A stretch of DNA of 64,000 nt from the human T2T-CHM13v2.0 reference genome, Homo sapiens, in NCBI RefSeq assembly GCF_009914755.1, contig NC_060943.1; one strand, written 5' to 3'. The notes under the pieces are model-generated. The model was not told where the DNA came from and searched no databases. It was given only the letters and a program-made list of their open reading frames with translations. The translations under genes were made by a program, and so were the position numbers. Below are positions 46,201-64,000 of this stretch, in pieces (within the stretch, counting starts at the first letter, position 1; each line of letters begins with the position of its first letter).

Positions 46201-46462
46201 CTTGGGGCTCAAATCCAGGTTTGAGGAGAAGTCCCTGCTGGACTCCATCATCTCCCGGGACAGCATGGGATACAGGCCAGTGATCAGGGGACCCTGGTGA
46301 ATGCTGGTGATGACGCTACCCATCACCGAGGCTCCCACAGTGACCACAGATAAGCAGGGTGACCCCCACAAGATGGCCCCATCAATCCCCCATCTCCTCC
46401 AAGGGCCCGGCAGGTTGGCCCATGGTGAAACAACCCCAGATCCCAACCTGGGAATCCCTGAC
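40205..46462 (-). pseudogene. IQCN: IQCN last intron made of a disabled continuation of the IQCN reading frame (intronised coding sequence)
   Basis: ORFs 42181..46446 (1421 aa), 40924..42159 (411 aa) and 39278..40981 tile the whole intron; one TGA and two frameshifts; no Alus. Confidence 0.8.
42570..44950 (-). repeat. Degenerate 39-bp (13-aa) tandem repeat, about 55-60 copies, consensus approximately VSPSPAYPSQPTE
   Basis: Recurrent plus-strand gggcttggggacacctcagtgg; most homogeneous at 43570-44500. Confidence 0.92.
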
Positions 46463-50320
<3,858 letters not shown>

Positions 50321-50635
50321 AAAAAGAGAGAGAGAGAAGTGTGGTGGGGGAGATTATTTGCCTCTCCCCATTGATTGTGAATCCTAGAAGACAGAGTCAT
50401 TTCTGTGTCCCCATCTCAGTCATAGAGCTTGGTTCCAAGCTGTGAATGGGTAGGTATTGGGTGGGGGGGGCATCTTGACTGATAAATGGTGAGTGGATTG
50501 GAAGTTGGATGGACAGATAGATACAGGACTAGATACTGAATGGATGAATCAGTCGATGAGTGAATGGTAGATGGGTTGGAAAGACAGATGAAGGTTTGGA
50601 TGAATAGGTAAATAAAGCTGATGAATAAAGTGTTA

Positions 50636-50797
<162 letters not shown>

Positions 50798-50875
50798 TCA
50801 TGCCTGTAATCCCAGCACTTTGGGAGGCCGAGGTGAGCGGATCACAAGGTCAGGAGTTTGAGACCAGCCTGGCTA

Positions 50876-51228
<353 letters not shown>

Positions 51229-51565
51229 TCAAATAAAAGGAAAGAAGGAAGGAAGCAAGGGAGGGAGGGAAATTAAAGAGAGCTGGAAAGACTGGTGAAG
51301 AGATAACCCAACAGGAGGTAGACTGATGGGTGGATGGGTGGGTGGGTGGATTAGGGGATGGGTAGGTAAATGGCATATGGAAGGATGGAAAGAAGGAAGA
51401 AAAAGTGGTGACTGTGGCTTTCAGAAGTAACTAGGATGCAGAGAGAGCTGGGACACTGTCAAGCCACCCTGATGCATAGCCTGGAGCACAGCACACTTGT
51501 TTGGCAGAAGCCCCTCTCTTCAGGTTGGACTAGCCAGACCCCTTGCCCATAGACCATCTTCTTAC

Positions 51566-51578
51566 CTTGAAGGGTCAT
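51566..51578 (-). CDS. IQCN: IQCN start-codon segment (MTLQG) of exon 2; UTR part extends to about 51685
   Basis: ATGACCCTTCAAG|gtaaga; phase 1 joins exon 49626 in frame (MTLQGRADLSG...). Confidence 0.88.
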
Positions 51579-52147
51579 AGATTTGGAGGAGTAGCAGGAG
51601 AAGAAGGTGCAATCTCAGAAGCCAGCCTGCAAGAGGAGGCAGCCTTCAGCCTTTCATCCATGCAATATGCAGCAACACTGCCCTGGGCTGGCTCAAGACC
51701 AACACAAAAAGAAATGTTAAAAGCAAAAATGCTAAATTCTAAAATTTCTAAATTCTAAAAAAGCTAAATTCTAAAAAAAAAAAAAAATGTGCAAAGATGA
51801 GGAAATTTATTCCAGTGTTATTTTGTAGCTAGAAATCAAACAAAACAACTGGAAATAACCAAAACAGTGATTGGTAGAGGTTCTGCTACAAATGAATACA
51901 GAAGTATGTTCAAGGATGTTTAACACTGTATTGTTTAGCAGAGGAAAAACTGGAAGAAACCAAAATTATCAATGGAGACAGGCTTAAATTAATCATACAA
52001 GGGCATGATATCCAGGCATCAGAAATGGCGTCCAGGCTGAGCACAGTGGTTCTTGCCTGCAATCCCAGCACTTTGGGAGGCCAAGATGGGAGGATCACTT
52101 GAGGACAGAAGTTTGAGACCAGCCTGGGAAACTAAGCAAGAACTGTC

Positions 52148-52311
<164 letters not shown>

Positions 52312-52350
52312 TTAGCCAGGCATAGTGGTTGACGCCTGTAATTCCAGCTA

Positions 52351-52963
<613 letters not shown>

Positions 52964-53054
52964 TAAGTATAAGATAAAAGGTAACCTGGGAGGCCAGGCA
53001 TGGTGGCTCACACCTGTCATCCCAGCACTTCGGGAGGCCAAGGCAGGTGGATCA

Positions 53055-53598
<544 letters not shown>

Positions 53599-53918
53599 CT
53601 ATGTGGTACTTTAGGGCTGAGGGAGTATCCCCAAAAAAGGGGCAAATTTGGAGAGCATTCAGACTTCCTTGGAGAAAGTATGGTCCCGCCTAACAAGTTA
53701 ACGGAGATAATTGCTGGATCGGCCAAGCCAGAGCTGGTCTGGAGTTGCAAAACAAGCAAAAGGCCCACCCTCCAGGGTGCAGATGTGGGAACAGGTTATC
53801 AACAGTTGGTGCTCTGGATGTGCACTGGAAACCTAAGTGTTGCTGGGGCAGGAGGCCTTCAATGTGTATGGGCCACCGTGGGGGCTCTGTTCGTTTATTA
53901 TCATTTATTTATTTATGA

Positions 53919-54597
<679 letters not shown>

Positions 54598-54701
54598 TCA
54601 CAGGACCACGTTCTGGATCCAGGGCTCGGGCAGGCTTCACCTGGTGTCTTCACACCTCTATCCCTAATGCCTCACCAGCGCCCTCTATTGAGAAATCTTA
54701 G

Positions 54702-54890
<189 letters not shown>

Positions 54891-55180
54891 TAGTAGAGAC
54901 GGGGTTTCACTATGCTAGCCAGGATGGTCTCCATCTCCTGACCTCGTGATTCGCCCACCTCGGCCTCCCAAAGTGCTGGGATTACAGGCGTGAGCCACCG
55001 CGCCTGGCCGAGCATTGTGCTCACTTTAAACAAGACATAACGAAAGAAATTCCTTTGTTTATCACATATTGAAAGGGTCCATTCGGAGACAAGAGGCAAT
55101 GCATGGATAATTGACACACATATATTTATTATTTTTATTTTTTTGAGATGGACGGAATCTTGCTCTGTTGCCCAGGCTGA

Positions 55181-55453
<273 letters not shown>

Positions 55454-55456
55454 TGA

Positions 55457-55564
<108 letters not shown>

Positions 55565-56427
55565 TAGCTAGGATTACAGGCATGCGCCACCACACCTAAT
55601 TTCGTATTTTTAGTGGAAATGGGGTTTCTCCATGTTGGTCAGGCTGGTCTTGAACTCCTGATCACAGGTGATCTGCCCGCCTTGGCTTCCCAAAGTGCTG
55701 GCGTTACAGGCGTGAGCCACCTTGCCCGGCCTAATTTTTGAATTTTTAGTAGAGATGGGGTTTGACCATATGGGTCAGGCTGGTCTCGAACTCCTGAGGC
55801 AGGAAAATCACTTGAACCCGGGAGACAGCAGCTCTGGGAGCTGAATGGGCCCATTCCAGGGGCTGAGGTTTCATCAACCAAACGGTGCAGCTCTTTAGAG
55901 GAACTCAACCAGAAGGGGTGAGAAACGGGATTGTGGGGGATGAGAAGAAGGAACAGGGGCCCCCTGGACACAGAAGCCAAGCGACTGGCTCGGTAATTTT
56001 GAGTAAACCCCTCTGAGCCTCAATTTCCCTATCTGTCACAAGACATAAGATCACCATCCTCAGGTTGCCAAAGAGACACAACAGGCTCAGCTGGGCGCAG
56101 TGGCTCCTGCCCGTAATCCAAGCACTTTGGGGGACCAAGGTGGGAGGATCGCTGCAGCCCAAGAGTTTGAAAACAGCCTGGGCAACATGTCTCTATTTAT
56201 TTAAAAAAATAATAATAAAGAGACATAACAGGCTCTCCATGATGTCCCCCATCACAGGTGAACAAATCCACCATCAAGGCTTTAGAGGTCCCTAGAGCCC
56301 CTGCTGTGAGGGGCCAAGGAGCTGACCCATCATTTGCAGTCACCCAGAAGGCCCAGAAGGGCTCTAAAGGCACTGGGGGCCAGAGGAGAACGACAGGGTC
56401 CCCCACGAACCCTCGCAAACAAGTCCT

Positions 56428-56514
56428 CCACCAGCCCCACTCACCCGCCCCTGAAGCCACCAGCCCCACTCACCCGCCCCCAAAGCCACCAGCCCCACTC
56501 ACCTGCCCCTGAAG
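56428..56514. repeat. Three 29-bp tandem units, each containing a minus-strand GTGAGT donor
   Basis: ccaccagccccactcacc(c/t)gcccc(tg/ca)aag at 56428, 56457 and 56486. Confidence 0.92.
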
Positions 56515-56600
56515 CTAAACCTAGCAGTCTGAACGGCCAGTCTTGGAGCCCTGGTGCCGCAGCAGCTTTGTGACTCAAAGCCAAGTTCTGGCCAATCCCT
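56503..56600 (-). other. IQCN: Probable non-coding first exon of IQCN (5' end approximate)
   Basis: Consensus donor CAG|gtgagt at 56503/56502 in a non-Alu island upstream of exon 2. Confidence 0.6.
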
Positions 56601-58271
56601 GGCAGCTCTTAGGGGGTGGGGATTCTAGAAGGCACAGCCAGAGGTTGGGGAACAGGATGCAGGGCAGGGCCAAAGGTCATGGTGGTTGCTACCTACACCG
56701 GCTCATCCTGAGTACAAAGGGTTCTCAGCACAGAGGGAACCCCAAATCTCCCCCTCCATGTACCTAGAGGCAGTTTCAGTCTTTCATCCCACGGGCATTT
56801 TCTGAGCACCTACTATATGCTGGAATTTGCCCCATGTCTGGGGATACAAACAACTCAAAGAATTTGAGGCTGTAAAATGGCTAGATGGGAAGGGACCAAA
56901 AAGGGGGTGCAACGGGCCAGTCAGGGTTCTCACTGATGTCTTGGGTGTGGCTCTGAGACTGCGGGCTCCTTGGGGTGGGGCCGGACTTGATCTCTTGGGA
57001 TCCCCACTGGGCCCGGCAAAAGTGGGTACTGACCCTGAGCCGCAGCGCTATAAGGGGAAGTCAGGCTGCTGTCCTGGATCACCTCCTGGGGCTGGGCTGG
57101 GGCCCAGCATGAGTCACCGCTGGCTGGGCCAAGGCTGACACGCACCTTGGACTCAGTGCAGCTGGCTCCAGCCAAAGCCAGCCTGGCCCAGAAGCCTCTG
57201 CCTGGCTTCCTTGGGGAGCCGCTGGGGGTTGCCGGGACAAGAACCAGCAGGGGTGCCTGACCTCCCTCTGCAGCGATCACCCCCTCCAAAACCTTCCCTA
57301 TACTGTGGGTGTGACTTTGGACAAAATCAGGGACATGGCAGATGGCAGTTGGGTGGGGTTTATATCCTTTGTCTGTTTTTTGAGATTGAGTCTCGCTCTG
57401 TTGCCCAGGCTGGAGTGCAGTGCTACGATCTCAGCTCACTGCAACCTCCACCTCCCCGGGTTCAAGCGATTCTCGTGCCTCAGCCTCCTGAGTAGCTGGG
57501 ACTACAGGTGCATGCTATGACGCCCAGCTGATTTATGTAGTTTTAGTAGAGATAGGATTTCACCATGTTGGCCAGGCTGGTCTCAAACTCCTGACCACAA
57601 GTGATCCGCCTGCTGCGGCCTCCCAAAGTGCTGGGATTACAGGCATGAGCCACTGCACCCAGCTCATCCTTTGGATGTTTCATCAGAACAGGTCCCTTCT
57701 GTGCTGTCAACGAGCTAAACACAAACTGGGAGTTCTCAGGGCAATTGGAGACCGTAGGAGCCCAGTAAGGTGCTGGCCTAGCCTGAGGGTTACTAGGGAC
57801 AGGCTTCCGAGGACTGTGCAGCTGAGGCTGGGAGGTGGCGCTCAGCTGCATGACTGGGGGAAGAGTAGCTGGCACAGAACTACAGCTGCAGCCGTGCAAA
57901 GACCCTGAGGCCAGGAAGGCAGGATATTGGGAATTTGGGTGGAGAGGCTCCTGAAAGGAGACACTGGCCAGCCCAGGGACTGGTGCAGTCAGGACTTTTT
58001 CCAAAAAGGTTTCAAGTAAGGAGTCAGATCTGTGATTTAGAAAAAGCCCTTCACATCACAGCTCATGCCTGCTTGACTCCCCCATCAGACTGGAGGGCTG
58101 GCCTCAACTAGGTGTCAATAAATGCTGGGGACGCTGGGCGCGATGGTTCATGCCTATAATCCCAGCACTTTGGGAGGCCAAGGCGGGCAGATCGATTGAG
58201 CCCAGGAGTTTGAGACCAGCCTGACCAATATGGCAAAACCTCGTCTCTACTAATAATACAAAAATTAGTCA

Positions 58272-58562
<291 letters not shown>

Positions 58563-58759
58563 TTATTTAAAAATTAGTAGGGCGGCTGGGCGTGGTGGCT
58601 CACGCCTGTAATCCCAGCACTTTGGGAGGCCAAGGCTGGCGGATCATGAGGTCAGGTGATCGAGATCAACCTGGCTAACACGGTGAAAGCCCATCTCTAT
58701 TAAAAACACAAAAAAATTAGCCAGGCATGGTGGCAGGCGCCTGTAGTCCCAGCTACTCA

Positions 58760-59497
<738 letters not shown>

Positions 59498-61873
59498 TTA
59501 GCTGGGCATGGTGGCAGACACCTGTAATCCCAGCTAATCAAGAGGCTGAGGCAAGAGAATCGATTGAAACTGGGAGGTGGAGGTTGCGGTAAGCCAAGAT
59601 CAGGCCATTGCACTCCAGCCTGGGCGACAAGAGGAAGACTCAGTCTCAAAAAAAAAAAAGAAAAACAAAGTACGTCCTCCACCTCTCTGCAGGGCTCCTC
59701 AGAGTCCTTTCGCCTTAGACCACTTGGGGGCAGGCAAGCAAGAGACCTGGGTTTGAATCGCTGCTCTGCCATTTAACAGGGGTGTTGGCCGGGCACGGTG
59801 GCTCACGCCTGTAATCCCAGCACTTCGGGAGGCCGAGGCGGGCGGATCATGAGGTCAGGGGATCAAGACCATCCTGGCTAACACGGTGAAACCCCATCTC
59901 TACTAAAAGTACAAAAAATTAGCCAGGCGTGGTGGCGGGCGCCTGTATTCCCAGCTACTCAGGAGGCTGAGGCAGGAGAATGGCATGAACCCAGGAGGCG
60001 AAGCTTGCAGTGAGCCGAGACTGCGCCACTGCACTCCAGCCTGGGAGACAGAGCGAGACTCTGTCTCAAAAAAAAAAAAAAAAAAAAACAGGGGTGTTGG
60101 GCAAGTCTCAAAACCTCCCTTCCCCTTCTCTACTAATTGGGGGCCACAGTAGGTACCATCATTGAGTGCGGTCACTGTTGTCCGTCCCCTGAGCACCTCC
60201 CAGTTCTGACTTCTGACCTGAGAGATGTTATGCTGGATGCAAACACCCGCATCTCACAGCACAGGATGTAGAGGCCATCGGGGGAGGAGGACTCGCCTGA
60301 GATCTCACAAATGCCAACTGGAACCTAAGCTGGGTCCCGGTCTCCCAACCAGTGACACTCTGCCCGAGATGTGGTTCTTGGTCTCTTGTGTGTCAAGACA
60401 CCCCTGCTCTCCCACCTCAGCCTCAGTTCCCTTCAGCAGGTTCCTTCAGGCCCTGCTGAAACGTCTGCATGACCTCCCACAAGGCAACGTGACAGCTAAA
60501 AACCAAACCCTGGCCGGACGTGGGGGCTCACGCCTGTAATCCCAGCACTTTGGGAGGCCGAGGCGGGTGGACCACTTGAGGTCAGGAGTTCCAGACCAGC
60601 TTGACCAACATGGTGAAACCCTGTCTCTACTACAAATACAAAAAAGTAGCCGAGCATGGTGGGCACCTGTAATCTGAGCTACTTGGAGGCTGAGGCAGGA
60701 GAATCACTTGAGCCCGGGGAGGCAGAGGTTGCAGTGAGCCTAGATGGCGCCACTGCACTCCAGTCTGGGTGACAGAGCGAGACTCTGTCTCAAACAAATG
60801 AACCCCAACATAGCTGTTGGTGGCAAGGCCTTTCTCCATGACCAAGGGACGGTGGCCATTCTCTCCAAGTTTCTTCATCTGTAAAATGGGTACAATTCAG
60901 TGGCCCTCCCTAACAGGGCTGGCTAGGTACACATGGCCACCAGCCCTACTTGCTGTGTGACCTCGGCCACTAATGTTCACATCCCTCAGGGTCCCCAATG
61001 AGTTGGAAGCCCAAAGCGCAGGGTCTTAACAGCAAAGGGCAGAGCAGGCAGGAGAAGCAGGAAGCCTCGGGTCAAAGCTCTGAAAGTGAGGGAGTCCAAG
61101 GTCAGACTATCTCTGCACAGTCTCCTTAAAAGGCTGTGTGATGTCAAGCCAGTTGCTCAACCTCTCTGAACCTTAGATTTCCTCAAAGTAGGGAGTAGGA
61201 TGTTGGGAGGAGGAGGAGAAGCGAACTTCAGGGAGATACTTGGAAAATCCCAGTCCTGGAGGCAGACCTCTTGGGTTAGATCCCACCTGTGCCAACTTCC
61301 TCCTGGTACTGGGTCCATCAGCTTGTCCTGGGCCTCAGCATCCCCCGATCCACCAAAAGAGAAAAGCTTACACTGTAAGCCAAGCACTGCTCTGTAAACA
61401 TAAACTCTCTTAATCGTCACAACTTTATGGGGCAAGTTTTTCGACTGTTCTCCCCATTTTATACGGACAGGCAAACCAAGGACCAAAAGGTTAAAAAGTT
61501 TACTAAGTTTCTGTCTCTTCCTTCCTGCTTTGGGCTGGGGCTGTGCCCTTTCCACCTCGAAATCTCTCCTTCCCAAAAGGCAAGGGGGCATTAGCTAGTT
61601 CCAAACGCAGATCAAAGACCCCAAGACCCCTCCCCAACCTGGACATCAGCCGGCCCCGCGCCAAGGCGCGTCTAGGGGGCGCTCGCTGCGCGCCAGATGT
61701 GCGGGCCGCTCTCAGACACCCGCTCTCTGCTCCCTCCAACAAGGGGAGGAGCTAGGGACAGAGGGAGGAGAGAAAGGCGGGGGTGTAGGGGGGAAGCGAA
61801 CCAGGCCCCGCCCAGCCCGCCAGGCCCCGGCGGGGGAAGAAGGAGGCGGAGAGCCGAGCTGGCGTAACGAGAC

Positions 61874-61879
61874 TTTACT
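61874..61879 (-). terminator. JUND: Variant AGTAAA poly(A) signal of JUND
   Basis: tttact on the plus strand after U-rich 3' UTR tracts; no AATAAA seen nearby. Confidence 0.7.
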
Positions 61880-62540
61880 GAAAACAGAAAACCGGGCGAA
61901 CCAAGGATTACAAACAGGAATGTGGACTCGTAGCAAAACAAAACAAAACAGAACAAAAAAGGGAGGGGGGACCGGTCGAAAGAACCGAAGGGGGGAGCGA
62001 GATCGAGGAAAGGGGCGGAGAATTTTTTTTTCTTCTTCCCATTTCTTTAAAAAACCAACACAAGAAAACACACACACACACAACCAACGTTTGTTCCCGA
62101 GTAGAAACATAAATAGGGCAGAATCGAACACTCTGTTCTTCTCTCTTCCAAAGAAAAAAAAAAAAAAGTAAAAGTAAAGGAAAGGCAGGGTTTGAGGCTG
62201 CGCCCCCTCGGAGCCCCCTTCCGCGGCGCGGTGTACAAAGGGGCAGCCGAGACGCGCGGGTTTGTGCAACACGGGGCGGCCGCGCGGGGGAAAGAGGCAG
62301 CGCGAGGGCGGGGGGGTCATGCGCTCGCCCCCCCGGGAGCAGGGGGTCCAGCTTGTCGAGTCCTGGGCACCCTCGGGGGGGGGGAATCCCCGGGGGCCGC
62401 GCCCTCTCTGAGTTCCTGGGCACACTCGGGGAGGGGGGGTCCCCAGGGCCGCACCCTCTCCAAGTCCGGGGCGCCCACGACACCCCCCCGCGAGCCCGCC
62501 CCTTGGGGAGGGTGGCCGCGCATGCGCCCCGCGCGCGGAC

Positions 62541-63922
<1,382 letters not shown>

Positions 63923-64000
63923 TGGGGGCGGCCGCGCGCCCGGGCCGGGTCACCCCGCCCCGGGACCGCTGTGTACGACCGATCTCCCCGGCGCCGCCTC

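Noticed and set aside
61712-62425. 237-aa ORF in the JUND 3' UTR, and the antisense ORFs over JUND
   Set aside because: Low-complexity translations of GC-rich and poly(T) sequence with no recognisable domain.

Overview
Alu-dense, GC-rich human (primate) genomic DNA. From the encoded proteins it is the chr19p13.1 PDE4C-IQCN-JUND interval, and all genes lie on the minus strand. From left to right: (1) the 5' part of PDE4C, with ten shared coding exons at 245-4434, alternative first coding exons at 8377-8522 and 15045-15286, a disabled exon of the ancestral super-long isoform at 18952-19155 and its start exon at 29756-29816; (2) a four-exon gene (37405-32214) that splices cleanly into a 234-aa type I membrane mucin-like protein with its own poly(A) signal; (3) IQCN/KIAA1683 (51578-39278); (4) intronless JUND (63584-62541) with its promoter. 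The 6.26-kb last intron of IQCN is a nearly intact, Alu-free reading frame broken by only two frameshifts and one stop, and it contains about 55-60 copies of a 13-aa repeat. Other notable signals: an array of CpGs spaced 10 bp apart at 6627-6838, a minisatellite that triplicates a splice donor, and a decayed duplicate of IQCN sequence downstream of its poly(A) site. Exon boundaries were read by hand from GT/AG sites and frame continuity. Repeat boundaries are approximate. Ortholog comparisons are from memory and need alignment.
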